Of a stretch of 64,000 nucleotides of DNA, positions 27,359 through 34,951 are shown in pieces. Source of the DNA: a bacterium (GTDB lineage Bacteria > Patescibacteriota > Minisyncoccia > Phycocordibacterales > UBA9973). The translations under genes were made by a program, and so were the position numbers. Below the pieces are notes generated by a model. It was given only the letters and a program-made list of their open reading frames with translations, did not search any database and was not told where the DNA came from. The first letter of the stretch is position 1; every line of letters starts with the position of its first letter. The stretch spans positions 180,795-244,794 of the forward strand of contig JBBCGN010000001.1 of NCBI GenBank assembly GCA_037200905.1, written 5' to 3'.

Positions 27359-28024
27359 TCAGGCATCAGCATCGATGCTGTAGCCAGGAGGCACATGGAG
27401 TGTCCGATGGTTTATGCCATCCCAATAAATCTCACGATGCACCACCATGCTGGTGATCCTTGCCTGCCATCTATGCTCTCCGATATTCACTCGGGCGCCG
27501 AGCGTCACGGCATTGTCCCCGTCGATGATATCCACGTATCGCCTGCAGAAAACCGGACCTTGGTCATACACAGGCGTCACGAAGTGCATACAAAGCGCTG
27601 AGCGCGTAATCTTGCCTTCCTTGTAATCATGTATGACTTTTTCATGCACATGATGTCCGTACATTCCGACGCCGCCGTATTCTGGCAGATCACCGGGATG
27701 AATGTTGAAAACTGTCTGCGAATTGAAGGCTGTTTGCGGATCAAGCCCGTATGCGGGCAGCAGCCATCCGGAAAAAGCGAAAAAGTCCGCGCCTGATTCT
27801 TTAGCTACCTGCTGATAGAGGCCGGAATCCCATCGCGAGGTGGGATGATAAATCATCGGTATGCCGAGCCTCTGCGCCCGTTCATGGATGCCGGCGCTCT
27901 TTCTATTGCAGACGAAGCCGACGATATCAGCATCGAGCACTCCGCCGGGGCGGGAACTTTCTACTAGCTTTTCAGCACCCGAGCCGCTTCCCGAACCGTA
28001 AACAAGGATTTTGGGTTTACTCAT
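27359..28024 (-). CDS. purN: phosphoribosylglycinamide formyltransferase (PurN-like)
   Basis: I take the internal Met as the start (MSKPKILVYGSGSGSGAEKL), which follows AAGGAGG. Formyltransferase motifs: FFAFSGWLL and FNIHPGDLPEYGG. Confidence 0.8.
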   Translation of the reverse strand: MSKPKILVYGSGSGSGAEKLVESSRPGGVLDADIVGFVCNRKSAGIHERAQRLGIPMIYHPTSRWDSGLYQQVAKESGADFFAFSGWLLPAYGLDPQTAFNSQTVFNIHPGDLPEYGGVGMYGHHVHEKVIHDYKEGKITRSALCMHFVTPVYDQGPVFCRRYVDIIDGDNAVTLGARVNIGEHRWQARITSMVVHREIYWDGINHRTLHVPPGYSIDADA

Positions 28025-28068
28025 TATGACCTCCTTATGTTTTATTTTTGAATGTTGTTTCCAGAGAG

Positions 28069-28096
28069 ATACTACTCCAAATCCCCACTTTTGCAA
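28069..28096 (-). promoter_or_regulatory. purN promoter
   Basis: On the minus strand, TTGCAA (28096-28091), 16-nt spacer, TAGTAT (28074-28069). Confidence 0.45.
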
Positions 28097-28110
28097 GAAA
28101 ACTGAATTTA

Positions 28111-28138
28111 TTGCATTTTGTCAAATTTCAGGTAGTAT
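28111..28138 (+). promoter_or_regulatory. purM promoter with a spacer shared with the purL promoter
   Basis: TTGCAT (28111-28116), spacer tttgtcaaatttcagg (16 nt), TAGTAT (28133-28138). Confidence 0.5.
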
Positions 28139-28188
28139 GAGACCGAACAATATTGCTCATCAAAAAAATAAAAAGGAGGAACATAATT

Positions 28189-29313
28189 ATGGAAAGTATG
28201 ACGTATGCGGGTTCAGCTGGCGTGAATTACGCCCTTATGGATCCGTTCAAACTGCAGGCACAGCTTGCCGCACGAGAAACCGACAAAGAAATCAAGCGCT
28301 TCGGTTTCAATGTAGTGGAGTGGACCCGAGGAGAAAGCGCATTTCTCATCGAAACCCCTTGGGCATATTTCGGTTTCGTAGTGGAAGGCTTAGGTACAAA
28401 ATCTCTCGTCGCTGATGCAATGCGCTTGGCAAAAGATCTGAAGTCTCTGACCGGAGTGACGCATTACGACAAAGTCGCCCAGTGCAATGCAGCTATGGCA
28501 TTCAATGACCTCTGCACTGTCGGAGCCATGCCGTTAGTGTACGGCCAGTACACGGCAGTCGGAGAATCAGAGTGGTTCGAAGACGAACAGCGTGCCAAAG
28601 ATCTGATCGAAGGCACCAAGAAAGCCTGTCTGCAAGCACGATGTGTCTGGGGCGGTGGAGAAACACCAACGCTGAAAGGCATCATCGTACCAGGAACGGT
28701 AGACTTGGCAGGAGCGACGTTCGGCATTATCCCCTACAACAACCGCGTCATAAATCCGGCGCGTATTAAACACGGCGACGTGATTGTCATGATCGAAAGT
28801 TCCGGTATTCATGCTAACGGCCTTTCTCTGGCAAGAAAAATTGCTGAAAAAGTTAAAGGCGGCTACCTTGCCAAATTGCCTGACAGTAAAACGTTTGGTG
28901 AAAGCCTGCTTGAACCGACGTATATTTACTCCCCGCTTATCGAAGACTGCATCGATTATGGCATCGATATCCACTATGCGGTGAACATCACCGGTCATGG
29001 CTGGCGCAAGCTCATGCGGGCGAACGAGCCCTTCACGTATGTCATAGAGACTCTGCCGCACTCGCTACCGATCTTCGAATTCATGCAGGAGCATGGGCCA
29101 GTGAGCGACGAAGAAGCCTATGGCAACCTGAATATGGGTGCCGGTTTTGCCCTCTACGTACCGCAAGGCGATGCAGAATACATTATCGAGAACATCGCTC
29201 CCATGCTCGGCTTCCGCGCTTTCATCGCCGGACACATCGAAGCAGGCGAGAAAAAAGTGGTCATCAAGCCGAAAGGCATTGTCTTTGAAGCTGATACTCT
29301 CGCTGTGCGCTAA
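28189..29313 (+). CDS. purM: phosphoribosylformylglycinamidine cyclo-ligase (AIR synthase, PurM-like)
   Basis: The ATG at 28189 is preceded by AAAAGGAGG. AIR-synthase-family text: VVEGLGTKSLVA, NDLCTVGAMPL, WGGGETP, VDLAGATFG, NITGHGWRKLMR. Confidence 0.85.
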   Translation: MESMTYAGSAGVNYALMDPFKLQAQLAARETDKEIKRFGFNVVEWTRGESAFLIETPWAYFGFVVEGLGTKSLVADAMRLAKDLKSLTGVTHYDKVAQCNAAMAFNDLCTVGAMPLVYGQYTAVGESEWFEDEQRAKDLIEGTKKACLQARCVWGGGETPTLKGIIVPGTVDLAGATFGIIPYNNRVINPARIKHGDVIVMIESSGIHANGLSLARKIAEKVKGGYLAKLPDSKTFGESLLEPTYIYSPLIEDCIDYGIDIHYAVNITGHGWRKLMRANEPFTYVIETLPHSLPIFEFMQEHGPVSDEEAYGNLNMGAGFALYVPQGDAEYIIENIAPMLGFRAFIAGHIEAGEKKVVIKPKGIVFEADTLAVR

Positions 29314-29337
29314 ATTATTTTTTCCTTTTACAAGCGC

Positions 29338-29375
29338 AATGCTCCGCACGGATTTTCCGGCGGAGCATTTTTATT
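29338..29375 (+). terminator. rho-independent terminator after purM
   Basis: AATGCTCCGC (29338-29347) pairs with GCGGAGCATT (29360-29369), followed by TTTTATTTT. Confidence 0.8.
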
Positions 29376-29385
29376 TTAAAAATTA

Positions 29386-29415
29386 AAAACCCTCATGCAT
29401 TCGCATGAGGGTTTT
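29386..29415. terminator. bidirectional hairpin (terminates 29434..30483 on the minus strand)
   Basis: AAAACCCTCATGC-attc-GCATGAGGGTTTT, a perfect 13-bp stem. Confidence 0.8.
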
Positions 29416-29433
29416 ATAAACAGATAGGCAGAT

Positions 29434-30483
29434 TCAAAACGTCTTTTTGACGATCACCGACACGGGAAAGGACACCGTGAGCTTGCCGTCTTGTATCTCA
29501 GGCCGGACGGCAGTGGGCATCGTTTCCGTATGCACGATCGTGGGTTCTATGGGCAGCCACGTCTCGGTCGAGATGACCTTGAAGATAGCTTCCCTGTGTT
29601 CCGAATTTTCGCGAGGAATCCATTCGCTGTCTGTTTTGACAAGCAGGTGCTCTTCCGTGAAATACTCATGGTCGAACTTGAGCTCGACCTCCTTTCCCGG
29701 CAGTCCGTCGGGAATAGCGGACGGGAAAAATGCGCCAGTATCCGGCCGCCACACGTAAAAGGACCGCGCTGAGAGCCCCAACCCCTCGCCAATGGCTATG
29801 ACCACATACTTCTGAAAGATATGCCGGAAGATTACGCAGCTAGTTCTGTATTTTTCCTGAAAACCAGGCGGGCTTGAGATACTGAGATATCCGCCGGCAA
29901 GAGATTTCAAGAAATATAATGAAAACGGATTCATGGCCCTTTTCTCGCTCGTCAGCAAAAGCGCTTCCTTCGTGCCAAAGGAGATCTTCTTGATTTCCTT
30001 AAAGTGAATGACAGGGCGAGGAAAACCCATGTCCGCATACGGCACGCTGATCCACTGCTTGTGCCTGAAGACATATACCCTGTTCTGGAAACAGTCGTGC
30101 GCGCAGCCGATATGGATGTATTCGGCCTGCACTTCGAGCACCTCGAAAAAGTTGTACATCTTCCGCTTGCTCTTCTTTTGAGCAGGATCGAGCATCCGGA
30201 CTATCTCTGGATTTTCGAGCCATTTTCGGGACTCCCGCACATATACCCGGAATCTGGACAGAGGCTCTTCTCCTTCCTTTTCAAGATTCGCGGGCAGACG
30301 ACAGACGACAATGTGCTCGTGCACGTTAATACTTGCGAAAGCCGTACGGCCGTCAGGGCATTCGGCTATTAGATTTCTCGACACAACGGGTTTGAAATAC
30401 ATCAGGCCCGTTTCTTCGTTCTTATACAGCCGGACGCCGTACCTGCTTCCTGCCTCTGCGAGAGGCATGGTGATTGTTTCCAT
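29434..30483 (-). CDS. hypothetical protein (349 aa)
   Basis: Long ORF with its own terminator and no motif I recognise. Confidence 0.6.
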   Translation of the reverse strand: METITMPLAEAGSRYGVRLYKNEETGLMYFKPVVSRNLIAECPDGRTAFASINVHEHIVVCRLPANLEKEGEEPLSRFRVYVRESRKWLENPEIVRMLDPAQKKSKRKMYNFFEVLEVQAEYIHIGCAHDCFQNRVYVFRHKQWISVPYADMGFPRPVIHFKEIKKISFGTKEALLLTSEKRAMNPFSLYFLKSLAGGYLSISSPPGFQEKYRTSCVIFRHIFQKYVVIAIGEGLGLSARSFYVWRPDTGAFFPSAIPDGLPGKEVELKFDHEYFTEEHLLVKTDSEWIPRENSEHREAIFKVISTETWLPIEPTIVHTETMPTAVRPEIQDGKLTVSFPVSVIVKKTF

Positions 30484-30626
30484 GATAAATGGTTTTATGT
30501 TAAAGAATTAGTTTCATCCTCAAATTACCACATATGCCCGTTTTTGCAAGGTCGATCCGGACGCTGTCGGACCGCATTTGCTTTTTGCCTCCGCTTGCCC
30601 CACAATACGGTCAAACGTAATCGCCG

Positions 30627-30953
30627 ATGGACTTCAAGTTCGAGAGGTTGAGCGACTCTCAAAAAAGAATAGAGGTGGAGAAATTCTGCAAGAATCTGGA
30701 AAGCGTCTGCAAGAGCTTCGGCATGCAGATCCGCAAGAAGACCGAGTCGGGCCGTTCGGAGAGCAGGTATTACGTGCTGTTCAAGAAAGAGAGGGAATGC
30801 ACTATCAGGGTGTCCTGCCACAGGAGCTCGAGCGACAGGAAGAGAGATTTCGATTTCGTCATCACGCATCGGAGCCTGAACAATTTCCAGAGCGAGATGG
30901 ACGAAGTGCTCCTATTTTTCAATATCCGCAGAATTGCGCCAAGGACCGAGTGA
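30627..30953 (+). CDS. hypothetical protein sharing a domain with 15045..15605
   Basis: 108 aa. The block EKFC..LE.VC....I..K...S..S..YY.L.K.ER.C.IRVS.H....DF.I.H is conserved with the C-terminus of 15045..15605. Confidence 0.55.
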   Translation: MDFKFERLSDSQKRIEVEKFCKNLESVCKSFGMQIRKKTESGRSESRYYVLFKKERECTIRVSCHRSSSDRKRDFDFVITHRSLNNFQSEMDEVLLFFNIRRIAPRTE

Positions 30954-30989
30954 TCGGTCCTTTTCCTGTTTTGCGCGGCATGTGCTAAG

Positions 30990-31289
30990 GTGGAGAAAAA
31001 GGAGGTTCTTGTGTACGAATTCATCACCGACGAGCAATGCAAGGCCGACGGCGCGAGCGGAGCCCGCTTCTGCAAGGCCTGCAGGCAGGTCATCTATATG
31101 GGGAGCACGCTGCCCGAGGATGCCTACTACGCCGATGCGGACGGCTATTACCGGCACCAGGCATGCCCTGCCCCGCTCCCCGAACGGAGCCTGGCCGAGA
31201 AGCTGGCCGCCATCACGGACGACATTGACGAAAGCCTCTTCCCCCTGGAAGACCGCGACGAATTGTGGGGCTTGCAGACAAGCCATTGA
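30990..31289 (+). CDS. hypothetical Cys/His-containing small protein
   Basis: 99-aa ORF with a GTG start, which is uncertain. A possible zinc-binding pattern is C-x10-C-x2-C ... H-x2-C (EQCKADGASGARFCKACRQ...YYRHQAC). A terminator follows. Confidence 0.4.
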   Translation: MEKKEVLVYEFITDEQCKADGASGARFCKACRQVIYMGSTLPEDAYYADADGYYRHQACPAPLPERSLAEKLAAITDDIDESLFPLEDRDELWGLQTSH

Positions 31290-31317
31290 GACTATGCCTT
31301 ACAGGCATAGTCTTTTT
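31289..31317 (+). terminator. rho-independent terminator
   Basis: AGACTATGCC-ttaca-GGCATAGTCT followed by TTTTTA. Confidence 0.75.
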
Positions 31318-31333
31318 ATGGTATGATAAAGCC

Positions 31334-31798
31334 ATGGAATTCAAACCGGAAAACTACGAGAATATCGTCGGCCCGTCGTCGCAGATCGATCCGGGCATCC
31401 CCAAAGTGGAAACGTTCAACGAAGCCCAAGGCGCCCTGACGGAGAACTCGAGGAACGTCAAATTCGTGCTCGATGACCTCAAGGGCCGCGGACAGTTTCC
31501 CGAAGAAGTCGAAAAGCGCATCCAGGAAGTGCGTGACTTGGAAGACGAGCTGGCAGAGATAACAAACAGCATCAAGATGACATCCGCTCGACCGCTCGAT
31601 GTCCCCGAGCGCGGGAAAGAGATCGAGGAGCTGCTGAATCAAAGAAAAGAGATCCTCGGAAAAATAGATAATGAATATATGCAGATAGGAAAATTGCTTC
31701 AGGGAAATGATGACATGCTTAGAAATCTGAACGACCATGAAGACATGCATGACGAGCACAAGGACATCATGAACCCGGGCGATCCGAGGGCTAATTAA
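31334..31798 (+). CDS. hypothetical acidic coiled-coil protein (154 aa)
   Basis: I take Met24 of ORF 31265..31798 as the start, because earlier codons overlap the terminator. Text EEVEKRIQEVRDLEDELAEITN...EIEELLNQRKEILGKIDNEY is heptad-like. Confidence 0.5.
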   Translation: MEFKPENYENIVGPSSQIDPGIPKVETFNEAQGALTENSRNVKFVLDDLKGRGQFPEEVEKRIQEVRDLEDELAEITNSIKMTSARPLDVPERGKEIEELLNQRKEILGKIDNEYMQIGKLLQGNDDMLRNLNDHEDMHDEHKDIMNPGDPRAN

Positions 31799-31989
31799 GC
31801 GGCCATTCTTGTTTTTAATAGGATTTCTGGTACTATATCTGAGTTGTTTTTCCGCATATTCATTCCGGGGTAGCTGAAATGCCATGGGTATGGCATTTCA
31901 GGGGGCGCAGGCGCGACGGCGCCGAGCCGGGGTAGCGAGATTTTCCAGCAGGAACATACTCGTGACCAGCGGTTCCGCTGAGCTATCTC

Positions 31990-31998
31990 TGATATAAT
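31990..31998 (+). promoter_or_regulatory. extended -10 element upstream of tRNA-Asn
   Basis: TGaTATAAT ends 9 nt before the first tRNA nucleotide. There is no good -35. Confidence 0.35.
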
Positions 31999-32007
31999 AC
32001 ATAACAT

Positions 32008-32082
32008 TCCGGGGTAGCTCAGCGGTAGAGCGGTCGCCTGTTAAGCGATTGGTCGTAGGTTCGATCCCTACCCCCGGAGCCA
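32008..32082 (+). tRNA. tRNA-Asn (anticodon GTT), CCA encoded
   Basis: Cloverleaf read by hand: acceptor TCCGGGG/CCCCGGA, D arm GCTC-AGCGGTA-GAGC, anticodon arm GTCGC-CTGTTAA-GCGAT, T arm GTAGG-TTCGATC-CCTAC, discriminator G plus CCA. Confidence 0.93.
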
Positions 32083-32124
32083 AGTCGTGCTAGCACGAGA
32101 CGCGTTGAAATAATTATTAAACTT

Positions 32125-32805
32125 ATGAAATACTCCCTTGAATTAGCCAAAGACTATTCGCAAAAGAGAGAACAATTTAATGAGACCGATAAGGTTTTGG
32201 TGGACGCACTAGAATCTATTGGTGTTCAAGATAAAAAAATTCTAGACCTTGGCTGTGGCGATGGTCGACATGCTCGGCTTATCAAAGAAATGGGCGCGGC
32301 TCATGTTATCGGTATAGACGTGAATGAAAAAATGATTGAGATTGCCAAAGACAAGAGTGCTGAAAATCCTGACGTTACCTTCTTTGTAGCAGATGGAAGA
32401 AATTTGCCAGCAGAAGACAACTCAACAGATATTGTAGTTTCAAACTTTGTTGTTCACTATTTCCCTGACGCGAAAGAAATTTTTAATGAAATAAGCAGAG
32501 TATTGAAAGACAAGAGTTACTTTATCGGGACTTTTAATATTACAGATGTGGAAGAAGGCTTTGAATATCTTTATAATCAGCAAATGCCAATACGACTTGG
32601 TCAGGGTGAAGGCTCGATAATTGTTCAGAATCTTATTAAGTCTCGCCAGGAGATTGAAGCGGCAATAGCAGAAGCTGGTTTTATAGTTACACAAGAACAG
32701 GAACTGGATCATCCCAACGCTATAGTTGATGACTCGTTCTCTGATAAGCTACATATTCAAAAGCATGCTACCATGCTGGTTTTGCAAAAAAATATCAAGA
32801 AGTAA
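32125..32805 (+). CDS. class I SAM-dependent methyltransferase
   Basis: Motif I ILDLGCGDGRHA, post-I VIGIDVNEKM, and DIVVSNFVVHYF. About 38% GC, well below the flanks. Confidence 0.85.
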   Translation: MKYSLELAKDYSQKREQFNETDKVLVDALESIGVQDKKILDLGCGDGRHARLIKEMGAAHVIGIDVNEKMIEIAKDKSAENPDVTFFVADGRNLPAEDNSTDIVVSNFVVHYFPDAKEIFNEISRVLKDKSYFIGTFNITDVEEGFEYLYNQQMPIRLGQGEGSIIVQNLIKSRQEIEAAIAEAGFIVTQEQELDHPNAIVDDSFSDKLHIQKHATMLVLQKNIKK

Positions 32806-32913
32806 TTGTCGTGCTCAGGATGCGTCGGTTTAGTATATTGGAAAGTACCCAAAAAGCCTTGTGGGGCAAGGCGGTAAAAGTCCCCATCTCAGGACAGCGA
32901 GCAAGCAGATCAA

Positions 32914-32939
32914 GGAAACAGCGATGTTTCCTTTTTTTA
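32914..32939 (+). terminator. rho-independent terminator after the methyltransferase
   Basis: GGAAACA-gcga-TGTTTCC followed by T7. Confidence 0.75.
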
Positions 32940-32947
32940 TTTTCTCT

Positions 32948-32961
32948 ACCCTACCCCGGAG
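32948..32961 (+). repeat. direct repeat of the tRNA-Asn 3' end (att-like)
   Basis: CCCTACCCCGGAGC matches tRNA positions 32067-32081 (CCCTACCCCCGGAGC) except for one C in a C-run. Confidence 0.6.
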
Positions 32962-33144
32962 CATAATTAAAAAACGTCCGGCATTGCTGTGGGACGTTGA
33001 TAATTTCCTGATGTCATTTTCTGAAAATGAGCCAATTCTCCCCTCTTTCATGATTAGGATTGCCTATCACGCTAGCTTGGCAGATCAGGCACGGCCTGAC
33101 TACTTCATTGCAATCCGTACAGAAAAGCCGTAATAATTTTATTA

Positions 33145-33903
33145 TTACGGCTTTATGATTTCTACATGCAGATAAAACGGCTTGCACCATGCCATCCAAT
33201 CGGTATCCGGATTTTCATCGTCGAAATCCTGCCGGGTCGATCGCTTGAGCGCTTTGTACGAATTCGGAAGATATTTGAAGAATTGGTCAGTGTTACTGTT
33301 CAAAGTTCCTCCGCTTTGATTCCAATGGCTGGCATTCAATTCGTCAGGAACGCTTCGCGCTTCCGCGACAGAAAGGGCATTTCTGCAAGTTGGAAAGACA
33401 GGATCTTCGTCAGCAATCAATAGAGACAAAAAAGGTTTTTTCCGGAACCAGAGCACGGTATTTTCGATCTGCGCCGCTTCCGGCACGAAGCGTCTGTCTG
33501 ACGTCTTCGTGAACCAGATCGGAAGAGTATGCATTGACGGCTCCTCTGCCAGAGCGAACTTCGTCTCGAGTTCCAAGATCCAATTGGAAAAATGGTCCGG
33601 CGATGAAGCCGCATGCTCATGCGCCTTATCCGCTCCCCAGAGATCGCGTTCCCCTATCTCGCTGTCGCAGATCAATTTCCAAACGACATCCACGAAAGGA
33701 AATCCGAATTTCGTCCCGAAGAAATGCGCGGATATGTATTCATAGCCTGGGCGGTGCCAGCCGAAGCGCCATTCCGGTTCTTTCATCTTTTCCGGCTTCT
33801 CGAACCAGAGCTGCACGCCGCCTGACTCGAAACCATCGCACGAGAGATCGAACGAATCCCTTTTCGTGATCCACAGACTGACTGTGTCGCTGATAACGCT
33901 CAT
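33145..33903 (-). CDS. hypothetical protein with an internal two-fold repeat (252 aa)
   Basis: Two similar modules: SLWITKRDSF...GVQLWFEKPE and LPIWFTKTSDRRF...NTVLWFRKKPF. No known motif. A bidirectional hairpin lies at 33126-33158. Confidence 0.55.
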   Translation of the reverse strand: MSVISDTVSLWITKRDSFDLSCDGFESGGVQLWFEKPEKMKEPEWRFGWHRPGYEYISAHFFGTKFGFPFVDVVWKLICDSEIGERDLWGADKAHEHAASSPDHFSNWILELETKFALAEEPSMHTLPIWFTKTSDRRFVPEAAQIENTVLWFRKKPFLSLLIADEDPVFPTCRNALSVAEARSVPDELNASHWNQSGGTLNSNTDQFFKYLPNSYKALKRSTRQDFDDENPDTDWMAWCKPFYLHVEIIKP

Positions 33904-34030
33904 GATTCTGATTTTTTAATGAACAATATGTTTCGAATGTCGCTCATACCTTATCATAGAAAACAGGAAAATCAAAGAAGAAAGAAAGTCTTTGGTACCT
34001 CCTGAGAGCAAAAGAAAAAGACCTTAGCTT

Positions 34031-34558
34031 TTAACTAAAGTCTTTTAACAAATACGTCGCATACAGCGTATTTTCCGCCGTCGCAACGACGATGTCTTCT
34101 GCAGCCTTATAGAGGTGAACACAGCCGTATCCGCCCGGGTCGTGCAGCCGCGTCGACTGCACCAGCGTCCGGCTCTCGTACGTCTTTTTCACTTCTGCTC
34201 TCGAGAAATAGTCGCCGTGATCGCGGAAGGCGAAAAGTACGCCCCTGCTCCCCAGCCAGATGCCGACGACGACGCTCGTGCCGGTGTCAGACCTGTTCCC
34301 GTGCTCCATGGCATTGCGCAAAGGCTCGTGGAACATGTTTATCAAGAGCAGCTGGCTGTGTCCTCGCGTATACCTTTCCCGGTAATACTCGGAGAATATC
34401 GTCCGCAAGGCGCCGACGCATGCGGCATCGAGCCTGGCCTCCTCTTCGGTCGCGCCATCTTCAGCCAAGGTCGGGATGATCAGGATCAACGGCGATCGGT
34501 GCTGAAAGCCTATGGACTGCAGAAGCTTCTGTTCCGGAAAGAACTGGATCGCGGCCAT
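34031..34558 (-). CDS. small GHKL/HATPase_c-like ATP-binding protein (RsbW/SpoIIAB-like anti-sigma kinase fold)
   Basis: N-box HEPLRNAMEHGN, G1-like FRDHGDYF, G2-like DPGGYGCVHLY. 175 aa. Confidence 0.55.
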   Translation of the reverse strand: MAAIQFFPEQKLLQSIGFQHRSPLILIIPTLAEDGATEEEARLDAACVGALRTIFSEYYRERYTRGHSQLLLINMFHEPLRNAMEHGNRSDTGTSVVVGIWLGSRGVLFAFRDHGDYFSRAEVKKTYESRTLVQSTRLHDPGGYGCVHLYKAAEDIVVATAENTLYATYLLKDFS

Positions 34559-34668
34559 ATGTATCGATTTGAGACAACTTTAGCCCAGTCGCGGCAAATG
34601 GTCAAATCCCCTTGTATCACATATTGTAATTTATATATTTTCGTGTATTATGGGCTATACGAATATAC

Positions 34669-34741
34669 GGGCCGTTAGCTCATCTGGTAGAGCACCTCAT
34701 TTGCAATGAGGGGGTGGCAGGTTCGAGTCCTGTACGGTCCA
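34669..34741 (+). tRNA. tRNA-Ala (anticodon TGC), CCA not encoded
   Basis: Acceptor GGGCCGT/ACGGTCC with the G3:U70 Ala identity pair. D arm GCTC-ATCTGGTA-GAGC, anticodon arm CCTCA-TTTGCAA-TGAGG, T arm GCAGG-TTCGAGT-CCTGT. Confidence 0.93.
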
Positions 34742-34755
34742 CTTGTAAAAACATG

Positions 34756-34781
34756 AGCGCCTTCGGGCGCTTTTTGTTTTT
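34756..34781 (+). terminator. terminator after tRNA-Ala
   Basis: AGCGCC-ttcg-GGCGCT followed by TTTTTGTTTTTT. Confidence 0.8.
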
Positions 34782-34951
34782 TAAGCGGACCGTAAGCGAA
34801 TGAACTGCTTCATTCGCGTCAGGACGAGAAAGACTTTTCCATGCGAGCGAAGCGAGGCGGAAAAGTACCCGCGACCGTAGGTCGAGAGTCCTCCCCTCAC
34901 AACAAAAAAAATGCCATCATAACGATGGCATTTTTGTTTTCTATACAATTT

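Noticed and set aside
31862-31990. A second tRNA or split, intron-containing tRNA upstream of tRNA-Asn, suggested by the repeated CCGGGGTAGC.
   Set aside because: I found no complementary 3' acceptor strand (CCCCGGA), no T-arm and no D-stem partner in this interval on either strand, so no cloverleaf can be drawn. I treat the copies as tRNA 5' fragment repeats.
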